From Antedon mediterranea (Eukaryota; Animalia; Echinodermata), in the NCBI RefSeq assembly GCF_964355755.1, contig NC_092680.1:7192001-7256000 (forward strand): a DNA stretch of 64,000 bases. Direction: 5' to 3'. Made by a program: the position numbers and the translations under genes. This document shows, piece after piece, positions 52,201 through 64,000 of the stretch; position 1 is the stretch's first letter, and every line of letters begins with the position of its first letter. Under the pieces are notes generated by a model. That model was given only the letters and a program-made list of their open reading frames with translations. It had not been told where the DNA came from and did no database searches.

Positions 52201-55200
52201 ATATTTTGTATAAAATTCTCCCCTTGCACGATTACTTTGTAATTTTTATTTAGAAATTTTGAAATGATTACATTGGTTTTCTTAAAGGGGGGTTCCGGGT
52301 TTAAAATGAATAGTAAAAAATGTAAAATATATTTGTTTGTCTCTTGAACGGTAAAAGTTTCAATTTATATAAGCGCCCAGTGAAGCAGAACGAAGGCTGT
52401 GAAATGAGGCCAGATTACAAGTGCAGCTACGGCAAAATCACACTGTGGTTACAGAATAGGAAATTCGTGAAATGGTCAATCTTCCGACGACTCGTTATCA
52501 TTAACCATATCAATTACTTTTGTAAAATTATACTTATCTGATGTAATTTTAGTCGGTCTTCCCATTTATAAAGTCAATTTTCTATGAAAATCCATCAAAA
52601 CAGTGAAAAATTAGATAAGTTTGCACTTTACGTTTGCCGATTTTCGCACTGACTTAGGGAAAGCCTTCAAAATCAATGAAGCGTAACGTATACATTCCTG
52701 CTGAGCGAGGAGAGCGAGACGACGATACACGTGCTCTCTCTGTCCATGCCTGGCATCATCACGTGATAATCAGATATAATACAGTATACAATACCAAACT
52801 GGTCGGGTCGAGTATACCCCGTCTATAATCACAACATGAACGATGTACAGTATTTGATTGAAGGTCGACTCAACCTACCGGAATGGTATAGATAATATAG
52901 CTCGAATGAGAGAGTTTGAATATTTGTAAACATAAGTACAGTATTGCTAATTTTAACAAGTGTAGCCTATAGTAAAAGGCCTGGTAGTATCAATTCGCAT
53001 AGGGTCTACTACACTAGCTAGCTCAATTTTTAACTGGGCCGGATCGGCTAGGCTAGGCTAGGTCTCCTTCCTACTCTACCGGTCTACTTGCTTGATGCAG
53101 TATCCGCTTTTTTGGAGAGTAAACTAGGCCTACTTATTACATTAGACGATCGGGACGTACACGTACGTGCGGACGGCGATCGGACCTTGTTTTGCCTCAA
53201 TATTTACAGCAGATTTTTGTAGAACGTTTTAGGTTTAGACTGTTTAGGAGTTTGGTTGATAGGATGGGTTTTGAATCCACTGAGTTTTGTTATTGATGGG
53301 CCAATCGTTTAGTAATAGGCTAGCTAGGCCCATGAATGATGGCCCCAATGTTTTAACGTAGCCATCGTGGCATGGAATCCCTAGTCAGAAATGGCTCTCA
53401 CCCCGGCATGAATAAAATGATTTAGGCTAGGCCTAGCCTAGTACGTGAAGCCGATATACGATCTGTACTATTAATTCAAGGTATAAAAATAGTATAATTT
53501 ATGACCCCGTAATCTGTACTAAATTTTGTATTTCATTAAATGTCAAATAAATATATGCTACTACTGTTATTATTACACCTTAGGCCTAGCTTAGCAAATC
53601 TACAAAAAAATGTATTTCACAATGATCGGGTGGTCGAGGTCGTCGTTTGACAGAGAGGAGAGAGAACACAACTAAGCTTGACGTCGCGAGTTTGGAATCC
53701 ACTGATGACGTGATTTTGTGAATATCTCATGAATATTAATGAGCTTCCCTAAGCTGCTGAAAAACAGACTTTCCATGAATTTACCCTAAAATGTATATGA
53801 AATTTAATTTTTTTAATTTCTCGTTATTTCTTCTTCATTCTGACATGTCTATATTGTTATAATATTTTTTATTTAATAAATAAACGATATTTAAAAGCAA
53901 TTTTAAACCCAGAATCCCCCTTTAAGTTGTGGTGTACAATAGTATAAGCAGCAAAAAAAAGCAAGGATACCAATTACATATAGTACTGTAAATTTAGGCC
54001 TGGCGTTCAATGCTCAGCATTACAAATCTATAAAGTATAATTTAAGCCAAAATTTTCATACCCATACTAGAGTAATACTATTATATTTGAGTTGGCGGAG
54101 TTGACTGTATTATAGCAACGGACACATTACGGAAAGGGTCACAAAGTATTATGATACAGTAGTTAGTATTAATACTTCGCAAGGAAGAAGTTAGTTGAGA
54201 TTCTCAATAAACTTTTCATATTTAGTAAAAACCACTTGGCCCAATTTTAGTTAGAGTTCTAACTTGATCACATGAACATATTTTTCAGGGTAATACTATA
54301 CAGATATATACTGCTTAGAAGTTAAATATAAGATTTGACATCCCATATTTTACCGATATATTACACAGTCAACAAATAGAATATCTGCTGGGTCGGCTAG
54401 CTAGGCCTCCTTTATTGTATGTAAACAAGCCTGCCTAGACACTTTACCTTGCAAAAAATAATATACAGATAATTACGAATTATTAATTCCTTGGCAATAA
54501 AATATTCACTAGCCTAGGTTGTTTAAATAATAACAGAAGAATTGCCACCAATAAGCCTACATTAATAATAATATTATCAGGTAGGCCGAATAAATAATAA
54601 TTCATCTACTTCGAGCCGAATCATTGGATGTTCGCCGCGTACCGAGTTACTACTGTGAGTATTAACCAATCACAAACAGTCTTTCATCACATCTAGGGAG
54701 GACTAATAACAAACTATAGACCACAACAAACTCTTGTGCATGACATTCCGATGTATGTAGGTCATTAGTATTTTTGACGCAAAAAAAAGAAAATAACGCA
54801 ACCTTGTTATAAAAAAATGTTTAAATTGCACAAGTGTAAACATTTTCTATTTAATTATTATACATGAAATTGAGAATTCGTAAAATTGAGCATCAGAATT
54901 AAGGGCTGCTCTCATGATGCTTCACAAGTTCTATACTATTACAGTACTGTATAAGAAGAAAAACCGCACTAAATTTTCTTAATTTTAAGAATCCTCAATT
55001 TGATTTTTAACCGATACAAAACAAACATTTTAAAGAAAGTTAATCATTGTGTAAACAAACAATTAAAAATATGTGTAAATCGGGTACAAAAGGAACCATT
55101 TCTATCAACCAATTCGTAACAAAGAGAACTTTAGATTTTAGTCTTAATATGAGAAAGTTGAAATCGTAATCCATTATCAGGTCAGAAACAATTCTACTGC

Positions 55201-57009
55201 CCTTTATTGTAAGCATAGAGAGATCTAAACGAATGCTTTAATATATTCATTAAAAACCAAACTGAACTTTTGTATAACTGAGCAAATACAGACTAATATT
55301 TTGAGTAGACGTATTACAGTTTATCGGAATAACAAATGTTCTTTCTCATGTTCTCGTACGGATGGCTTTCAGACTAGGGCCTCAGGCACCCGCAAACACA
55401 AACCAAACTGACCTTCCGTAGTATCAAAGCTTAGGTTACCAACATACACCTTTCTGTTGATGAAAAACGTTAACAAATCATTACATTTAATTGCCTTTCT
55501 TTTTATAGCTTTATCCACGAAGGATTTGAAAATATAATCTCAAATATTAAACCTTCTTTGGTTTAAAGAGTGTGATTTTTTTAACTATACTTAAACCAGG
55601 CTTTATTTGTGAGATGTTTCCTTGGTCTTTTAAATCAAATATGGTACAACTTGTGTCACCAAGCTCTGTTTATGTATAGCAAAATAACAGTCATTATCAA
55701 TCAATTATCATCAAGAAAACAGTATATTTTATTGAAGGCCTAGCTAGAAGTAACAAAGATTCAGAAATAAAAAATTTACTTAATCTTCTTTAAAATATTT
55801 TAATTAAAGCCAATACAGAATATTGTTCAATATTGTTATTTTGCAGGACCTACTGTAGCTCTAAATGAACGTTATGTCTAAAGATACGGTACCGTATCCA
55901 TACTTTTAAAAACTAAAGGTACGGTAATTATAGAGGGCGCTATGTAATGGGGATGTTAATCAAATAGGTTATTGCATTGGTTTTCTGCAAGCCAGCTGTG
56001 TAGCCTAGTGGGCATGTGGTGATGCTTTGGCTTAAGGGGTTGTAGGTTCGATACTCTTCTTGACGTCTTTTTTAAATTTTTTTTTTTTAGTTTTTAATTT
56101 AAGAGAGATTATTTAGAGGGTTAGGTTTTTAATATTTAGGAAGGAGTTTAATATTTAGGAACGAGTTTTATATTTAGGTACGAGTTTTAGGAATGCAATT
56201 TTACCGTACTTTTAGCAAACGGAAGCGCCCTCTATAATTACCGTATCTTTAGTTTTTAAAAGCATGGATACGGTACCGTATCTTTAGCAACGGCGCTAAA
56301 TGAATGCTTACAAACACTAAATTTTTATTATTTGTTAGGCCTACTAGCCTCGAGTAGTAGAATTAAAAAGAACCATATTAAATTTTTAAAACTTGTTTAG
56401 CCTTCTATTTATTATAGTTGCTCTTTTTCAATAGAAACAAAAAATATTAAACATGGAGTATACAAAATTTGCGAACAGTGTGCGAGATACTCGTCTTGAA
56501 AAATATAAATTGAAAAGAATTGTTTTTACTTTTTATGCGATTTTCCTTCATAAAAGTACAGTACTTATAATTCTAAAAAAAAGTGTAGTATTCACGATAA
56601 TTGATAAATTAAAAACAGTAAGAGATTTATAGATAGAGTTAAAAAATACAAGACTGTTTCACTACTTTTTACACATGCTAAATGTAAAATGGAACAACCG
56701 CCCGAAAAAGGTCTAGCGAAAATTAATGTTTTTGGGGCCTTGTATAAATAAAGAATTTATTTCTGTGTTTATAAAATTAAATAAAGTAATGCAGGTATAT
56801 CTAAATAAAACCACCACGTGCTCTTGTCTCACGTGATACATCTAGCTTATGTGCTTTGTGTGGTCTAGGCTAGGCCTAGTCGTCCATCGTGTTAACAAAA
56901 AAAACCAACAAAAATTAGGTTTTTTTAAATAATCTCCCCATTTAATCTTATTGTATGTCACAAATTAAAATAACAAAAACAATATATACCCTGCTTCTGA
57001 TTCTCCCAT
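49254..57009 (-). CDS. Glycine-rich RRM RNA-binding protein, CIRBP/RBM3-like (copy A)
   Basis: Exons 57009-56990, 55453-55413, 51219-51053, 49779-49725 and 49501-49254 give MGESEAGKVYVGNLSFDTTEEMLEAAF..TDRETRRSRGFGFVTF..ELSGRVLRIQPA + G/Y/R-rich tail. RNP2 and RNP1 present; all phases consistent. Confidence 0.93.
51520..51718. mobile_element. Small hAT-like MITE
   Basis: CAGTCC...GGACTG termini with imperfect AAYACAC flanks; GGAGAGCA/TGCTCTCC internal repeats. Confidence 0.5.
52165..54107. mobile_element. Tigger/pogo-like non-autonomous element
   Basis: CAGTCAACTCTGC ... GCGGAGTTGACTG-TA; same terminus type as 59526-61945. Confidence 0.55.
52286..53921. mobile_element. Kolobok-like non-autonomous element with TTAA TSD
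   Basis: TTAA-AGGGGGGTTCCGGGTTTAAAAT ... ATTTTAAACCCAGAATCCCCCT-TTAA. Confidence 0.75.
54350..54712. repeat. Dispersed repeat, inverted relative to 34205-34620
   Basis: Example: TTGGCAATAAAATATTCACT and AATATTATCAGGTAGGCCGAATAAA mirror 34340-34445. Confidence 0.75.
55870..56295. mobile_element. Palindromic MULE-like MITE with 9-bp TSD
   Basis: CTAAATGAA at 55861-55869 and 56296-56304; ~70-bp inverted arms CTAAAGATACGGTACCGTATCC... Confidence 0.85.
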
Positions 57010-57685
57010 GGCTTCCGTTGATATTGAATTGAATAATTTAGATTTTTGTAGCTTAAATGTGCTATCTCAGTCTTCTCTGTTCAACCCAAGCGAAGAAAAA
57101 GAACGAGAAAACGCGGCACAAGAATTAATTATTGTTCATAAGTGCGAATATCCATCATTGCGAAAACGAGGTGAAAATGAAAGTAACCCGCAAAAAAGCT
57201 ATAGAGAGAGAAGAATTCAATTCGCCCTATTGTTAGATTAGTACTACAGATTATCCAGTCATACGTACCACGTGATCTAAACTAACAAGTACTTAACAAT
57301 AATTATTATTAGTCCTAGACTAGGCCTAGTCTAGGACAGAAATTACTGAATGTACTTTAATTTTATTTTTGCGCAACAAACAAGCAAAATATGCCAAAGA
57401 TTAATTATGATGATGTCGACCAACAAACAAAAGACAAAGACAAACCAATAGTAAAATAGTGCGAATTGAATTCTATGTTTAGCGCCACGCGGATGAATAT
57501 TTTGGTTTAGTTTTCGCATTAATGGGCATTCGCCCTTGTGTGACGACGTGTGAACAATAATTTACTCGCGCCGCGTTTTCTCATTCTTTTCTTCGCTTGG
57601 GCCCGATAAGAGAGAAGGCTACCTAGGTTTGCACATTAAAGACTACACAAATCTTTTTATCTATACGCAAATATCTACGAAAGCC
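57010..57685. promoter_or_regulatory. Putative bidirectional promoter / 5' UTRs of the CIRBP-like pair
   Basis: 676 bp between divergent ATGs, with mirror-image conserved blocks (GAAAACGCGGC / GCCGCGTTTTC; AATTCAATTCGC / GCGAATTGAATT) and a 26-bp perfect palindrome at 57312-57337. Confidence 0.75.
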
Positions 57686-60600
57686 ATGGGAGAACCAGAA
57701 ACTGGGTATAAATTTGTTATGTTATTTTAATTAATGACATTCCTACATGATACAATACAATTAAAAGTAGTAAAATCATGCACCGCGCCTAGCTAGCTAG
57801 GGCCAGGCTAGCCTAGGCCTAGTAGTACTAGCCTTAGGCTAGGCCTAGCCTAGGCCTAGTAGTACTAGGCCTAGTAGGCCTACTACTACTTACTACTACT
57901 ACTAACTAGCCTAGGCCTAGTACTTCTATTAGGCCTAGGTAGGCCTAGTAGTAGACCAGCAGAGGCTAGGCTAGTAGTAATTAATAGGTAGGCTTGTTCC
58001 CAACACGTACACAAGACGCGTGACTGACACACAGACAGTAGAGCATTCTATCTACGCACGTGTCGCTTTGTGTTGGCGATAATCCTATACTAAGACTATA
58101 GTATAGGCCTAGCTAGGGACTGGCATATATTTTTCAATTTATCTTTCTGCATTTGAATAGTGTTCAGTTTGAAAGAGTATATAAGCATTTTAAACTTTAA
58201 ATCAACAAAATTGATTGAGTATTTCGAAAGTTATGAATAAAATAAGGTGTAAAAATTTGGCACCATCACTATGCTTTGTTTACATACGAATCCCCACCCC
58301 GCGTTTGTGACCTTGTACACAAATAGTCACTGGGTGAAAATACTACTAAAACACATAAATACATTTTATGAACATATTTTTAATTAGAAAGTTGATGGTG
58401 ACAAATGTATATTTGCATAGTACCACATTTTGTTTGGAAATAGTGTCAAAATCACAAAAATAAGATAGAAAGTACTTATTTTATGTTTACCCTCTCCCCG
58501 GACTGCGCGAATGTCCCGGAGGAATACCCCCACCTCAGACAGGCTGTGTGATGACATCATCAGGGACTTCGCGGCCTAGAATTGCTTACTCACCTAGCAT
58601 CAGGTGATTTAAAACCTTTTGCGATCCAATATAGGTGATATTTATGTAAAACCAAAGGCGTACACTGTTAAAATATAAATATATCTAAAATATATAAGCA
58701 AAATCCCAAAATATTGGGCATGTTTTCGATTTTTTCTGATTTTACTAACATTTCGAGCCCAAAATAAAATGTCATCGCGAAGACATGTGGGCAAAGGAAT
58801 TTCAAATTTTTCATTGGAATTTTCCGGAGAAGATTGTACAGTCATTCGTTTTTTCTGAATAGCCAATCAGAGTTCGTAAATTCATGCGCAAGTTGACCCC
58901 TTTTTAACAGGTTATGGGTCACACTTGTCTATTCCCTAAAGATGTGCTCCATACAAATTACCGGATTTTTATAAAAAAAAATATAGAACGCCGTGGTTAG
59001 GATTCCGGCACCGGAACTCAACTGCCCAGCGTTAGGGAATCCGACACGCTATTGCGCATGCCCAGAGCGAGGTAATTGGCGACTCTATACTTATCAACAG
59101 CGATGGGTCATTTCATAGCTGCGCCACAGCGAACCATACTAGCCGAGATGGCTACTAATACGGGATCCACTAATAGTAAATGCTAGGCCTACCAGTTAGA
59201 CGTGACCAGTGGGCCTACTATTTATTTTGTAATTAAAAAGTGGTCGCTTCATTCATATTTATAAACTTCATATAATTATGAATTTGTATATAATTACATG
59301 ACTAGTTCTATGATTTTTCAAGTACAAAATAAAAGATTTCATATAACGCATTATACTGTACATAACATGCAATCGCAAGTTGATTTGTCGACGGCAGCCA
59401 CCGCGTGGATGTGAAAAAACTGTTCGGGAAGTCGGGGTCGCAACGCTAATTACAGCATTAGGATTCTTAGATAGATACTGATTCTTATTAATATAATAAT
59501 TATTTTAACGCGTGGCGTAGTCGTACAGTCGACTCCGCGAAAGTCAAATTTTTAGGAAAGTCCCAATTCTTTCCTATACATTACTGTGTAATTTTTATTT
59601 CTAAGTCGAAATTCGTCTAAGTCGACGTCTTTTTGCTGTCCGAATACACACATTCTTTAGTGATTTATATCGTATAAATCGAAGTCACAAATTACGCGGC
59701 AACAACGCGCTAAAAAAGCCGATGAAACGTACGTAATTCGATAAACAAACAGAGGGGATAATGTGGGACCATATCGGTTCTCTCAAGCAGGTTGTATAGT
59801 ATAGGTGGCGTCCTACAACTCGCGCTAGTGTATAGTGTACAAGTTGTTTCACAGTTGAGAACTTGAGTGGCGTTTTGTGGGTACCTATTTTGTGCTAGAC
59901 AGATGGCAATAAACAATGGATACCGATTTCGAATAAGAACCGAAATGTATTTATTATACGTTTTTGTATTGTTTCAAGAAAATACAGTTTATCATTGCCG
60001 ATAAAGAGGCTTAGCATTTATTAGCTAGCTAGCTAAGCAAACTCAATTCAAGAAGGCTCATCAGGGCTCGATTTTTGAAATTTTACTAGCTAGACCACTG
60101 GGCTTGTTCAATGTGAGTTTCACTAGCCCACTGGATGTTTCACTAGTCCGCTTATTGACTAAATCTTACTGGGTATATACCGCACACCTGAATCAAAACT
60201 AACTAAACTACTGTAAGTTCTAGTTAGTTTATACAGTAGGCCTATGCTGTAGTTTAAAGGTCAATAACCATACTATCGGCTATTCAGGAATCCGGCTATT
60301 CTTGTACAAAATGTGCCATTAGACTGGATAGAAACACACATGTTTTAAACAATTTAAAACGAAAAAAAAATTCATAAGACCACAATTTTCAAAGTTATAT
60401 TATTATTATATTTGACTAATAGTTCAAAGGTCAATAGTTGTAGAATCGGCCATTTTTTGTAAAAACATTTCATTATAATAAATATGAATGTATAGTTTCT
60501 GAACAATTTGAGCCCTATTTCGTGTCTCTCCGATTATTGGTTACTGAGATACGATAAATCAAGGTCAAATGGCAAAATGCCAGAAATAAGACTTGCATCC

Positions 60601-62671
60601 ATTTTTTGAGAAAATGTGTCATTAAAGTGAATATAAAAACATATATTTAAAACATTTTGACACCAAAATTAATTATCTGTGACAAGTGGTTCTCGAGATA
60701 TAGGGTAATTATAAAAAAGGCTTAGATGGCCGAATTTCGCTTGGGATCCGCCATATTCGTAATCAGCAAGGTCGAAATATCCTAAATCAAGTGGATCCCA
60801 GCTTCTACCCAAAAATGCTTCTTGATTCGTTTTCTAGGCTGTTTTTTCAGAAATCTACTCTAGGCTAGGCCTAGGCCTATAATAAATAACATAGGGCTAG
60901 GCCTAGGCCTAGAAATTAAAAACAAAAATTAAGTACCTGTATTTCACAAAGTAATACAAAAAAAATATTAATGACAAGTTACTAAGTATCATTTGAATAT
61001 TACATCTTAAAAATGTAATTAAGGAAAGGGTATTTGGCTGTGTTTACATGCGGCGGTCACACACGCGATGCTTGCTAGAAGAGCTAGACCAGCTGCTGGG
61101 ATGGTGAGACTAGAGGACATGTTTTGTCACTAAATTTGGGTAACCAAATTGGTTGATTTTTTTCGGAGAAAAAAATTAATTAAAATTCCAAAGACAGAAG
61201 TGAAGCATCTTCCTCTAATTAATAAAAATAGGCCTACTTCTATTAAATTTTTTTTTCATTAACTATATTTTATACATTAAAATTGATTTGTTCAATAAAA
61301 GCAACCATTTGGTTGGTACTTGTTCTGGCTTAAAAGACTAGTTGAGGCATTTATCTGACACCGCACTGGATACACTGTGAGGTGGAATGGAAGTAAATTG
61401 GCACTTGAAAGCAAAGATCGTATAGCGCCACGTAGTGGCGCTCTTCGTGGCGCTATAGTATCTTTGCTTGAAAGCAGACAGGGGAATCCCCTTATTGGTG
61501 ACTTGACACGCTGATTTAAGGAGCGTGATTAGTTGCTCTCCTTCGTTAACGTTAACGAGGAACGTGATTGCGAAGGCGCTCTATAAAAATGATGGACTAC
61601 AAACAATTAGGCCAGTGGCTAGAGTATTTTAATAATGCATTTTAAAAGTCTAGGCCTAAATATTCTCTAGCCTAATTATTTACACACTAGACACCCGGGC
61701 TTGTTGGGTGGAAGATTGACTAACCCAGAGCAGTTTTAACTAGACATTGTACGCCGGACTAGTGAAATATCGAGCCCTGCTCATCGCGTGGGCCGCGACA
61801 GGGCAGGGTCCACTAGGCCTAGCCATAGCGCGGCTAGTGAGTGAACCTAGGCCTAGCATTTTTTTGGCAAATCTGTAAGTCGAAGTTCGCGTAACTCGAA
61901 TATTTATACCGGTCCCATTCGATTAGACTTAGGCGGAGTCGACTGTATTTATATGCCTAGTGTGTTATCATTATTGACATAATTTCATTTAACAACTAAA
62001 AGTCGTAGTTAGTTATGTCTCGGGTCACATTCTATGGTCACCGTACAGATAGGCTACTACATCAGTACTTCTATGAATGGATGACTAGTTGGTGACAAGA
62101 ACGCTAGTTGGTCATACCCAGTACCGTTTTGATTTTTACGATCTTTCGGGAAACCACCTCACGATGTTATTCTTCAAGTTAACGAACCGTGTACAGTATC
62201 AACAGTAACATTCATGGTTCTTTTCTAAATCTACTCTATGCCTAATATAAATTTGAGTCTTTGTGGGCATTCCAGTTAGGAACTAGGCCCTATTTAATAA
62301 AATTTGCAATGTTACCTCTAGGCCTACAATAAAATATAGTTTTCTTGTTTGATTGATAATGACTTTGTTATTTTGCTATCAATAAACAGCATGGTGACTC
62401 AAGTTGTACCGTATTTGATTTTGAAAGACTAAGGATACATCGCACGAATAAAGCCTGGTCCAAGTATAGTTAGCAGATATGGTTCCTGACAATATTTTGG
62501 CTTAAAAATCACAATGTTTAAACCAAAAAAGTTTTTTAATTTAATATTTGAGATTAATTTTAAATCCTTTGTGGATAAGCTGTTGAAAGAAAAGAAATTA
62601 TAATGATTTGTTAACGTTTTTCATCAACAGAAAGGTGTATGTTGGTAACCTAAGCTTTGAAACTACGGAAG
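57686..62671 (+). CDS. CIRBP/RBM3-like paralog (copy B), 5' part; continues beyond the window
   Basis: Exon 57686-57705 (MGEPETG) and exon 62631-62671 (KVYVGNLSFETTE), with the same lengths and phases as copy A. Confidence 0.85.
60062..61779. mobile_element. hAT-like non-autonomous element nested in the pogo-like element
   Basis: CAGGGCTCGAT ... ATCGAGCCCTG with ACTAGC/ACTAGT subterminal repeats; flanking CTCAT direct repeat. Confidence 0.7.
61412..61466. mobile_element. 55-bp palindromic micro-element with 8-bp TSD (P-like termini)
   Basis: CTTGAAAG-CAAAGAT...ATCTTTG-CTTGAAAG. Confidence 0.75.
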
Positions 62672-63373
62672 GTCAGTTGGGTTTGTGTTTGCGGGTGCCT
62701 GAGGCCCTTGTCTGAAAGCCATCCGTACGAGAACATGAGAAAGAACGTTTCTTATTCCGATAAACTGTAATACGTCTACTCAAAATATTAGTCTGTATTT
62801 GCTCAGTTATACAAAAGTTCAGTTTGGTTTTTAATGAATATATTAAAGCATTCGTTTAGATCTCTATGCTTACAATAAAGGGCAGTAGAATTGTTTCTGA
62901 CCTGATAATGGATTACGATTTCAACTTTCTCATATTAAGACTAAAATCTAAAGTTCTCTTTGTTACGAATTGGTTGATGATAGAAATGGTTCCTTTTGTA
63001 CCCGATTTACACATATTTTTAATTGTTCACACCTAATGATTAATTTTCTTTGTTTGTATCTGTTCGAAATCAAATTGAGGATTCTTAAAATTAAGACAAT
63101 TACATTTTGCTTATACATTACTGTAATAGTGTAGAGCATGTGACGCATCATGAACCCTTAATTCTGGTCCTCAATTTTACGATTTCTCAATTTCACATAT
63201 AATAATTGAAATTTGAACATACATACTGTTACATATTTTGCAATAAGTTAGCACAGTTCAAACAAATATTTGTAAAATAGTTCAGTAGAAAAAAGTTTTG
63301 TGCGCTACTTCCTTTTGTTCTGTGTATAAAATTACTAATACTATAATATTTGTGTAAACCTTGTCACTGTATT

Positions 63374-63875
63374 AGGGACTTTACGAAACATGACGGTGCT
63401 CATGAATAATTTATGAATGAGCTCTATCAAAGTGGGCGGAGCTTATCGTGAAATTTTGCCGTCTTAACTTTTTGAGGATGATAAAGTTGCCATTTTCCCG
63501 TTTAAGGAGAACGAATAGTTCAAATTACACTTAAAAGTGGAAATTTCAAAACTCTAAAAATTATTTGAACTTCTTGTTTAACGATATAACATTTTTATTG
63601 GGTTAAAATGGCTGTGTTAAAAGCAATACATTCTGCGTGGCGTTTGAATGCGAGGCTCCTGCTAGGAAGGCCTATGCTGTTCTACCAGAGCCAAGCGATT
63701 CAAAAGGCCCCATGCCGCGAGACAGGAGAGGGAGAGAGATACTGCATCGGTCAACTTTGCACAAGGGTGCGTAACTAATAAAACGGCTATGTTGACTGAT
63801 CAGTGATATATGATTTTACGCTCTAGTGGACAGGATATTCGTCGTCCTCTAACCGTCGTGTTTCGTAAAGTCCCT
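63374..63875. mobile_element. PIF/Harbinger-like MITE with 3-bp TSD
   Basis: ATT-AGGGACTTTACGAAACATGACGGT ... ACCGTCGTGTTTCGTAAAGTCCCT-ATT. Confidence 0.82.
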
Positions 63876-64000
63876 ATTGACTACACTGTGAAAGGGTTGC
63901 ATAAGAAACTTGTATTATTTTCCATGCAAGGTAGTGTACTAAATACACATTGTTAATTTTTGAAAAAATCCTTAATTGTTACAAATTTCGTTGACAATTT

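Larger units (their letters stand above)
59526..61945. mobile_element. Tigger/pogo-like non-autonomous element (TA TSD) hosting nested insertions
   Basis: TA-CAGTCGACTCCGC ... GCGGAGTCGACTG-TA. Confidence 0.8.

Overview
AT-rich, intron-containing eukaryotic DNA. The gene content (ST8Sia sialyltransferase plus a gustatory-receptor-like gene) and repeat style suggest a marine invertebrate deuterostome, possibly an echinoderm; this is inference. Five spliced host genes could be assembled by hand with consistent GT-AG phases: an alpha-2,8-sialyltransferase (+), RSL24D1 (+), a gustatory-receptor-like 7TM ion channel (+), and a head-to-head pair of CIRBP/RBM3-like RRM genes (one complete on -, one partial on + that runs out of the window). 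The rest is a dense, nested transposon landscape. It includes a Transib element with RSS-like 39-bp TIRs, a 5-bp TSD and its empty site preserved in an inverted duplication; an intact single-ORF L2-type LINE; CR1, Tx1 and RTE-like fragments; Academ-like remnants; many MITEs; a tRNA-derived SINE; and a 97-bp satellite carrying inverted CACAGTG heptamers. Most notable are the palindromic CIRBP-like pair, which shares a ~680-bp bidirectional region and a near-identical ~430-bp exon-plus-intron block, the RSS-like Transib and satellite, and CTAG-rich micro-palindrome tracts near first exons. All alignments were done by eye; TE family names are motif-based and were not checked against databases.
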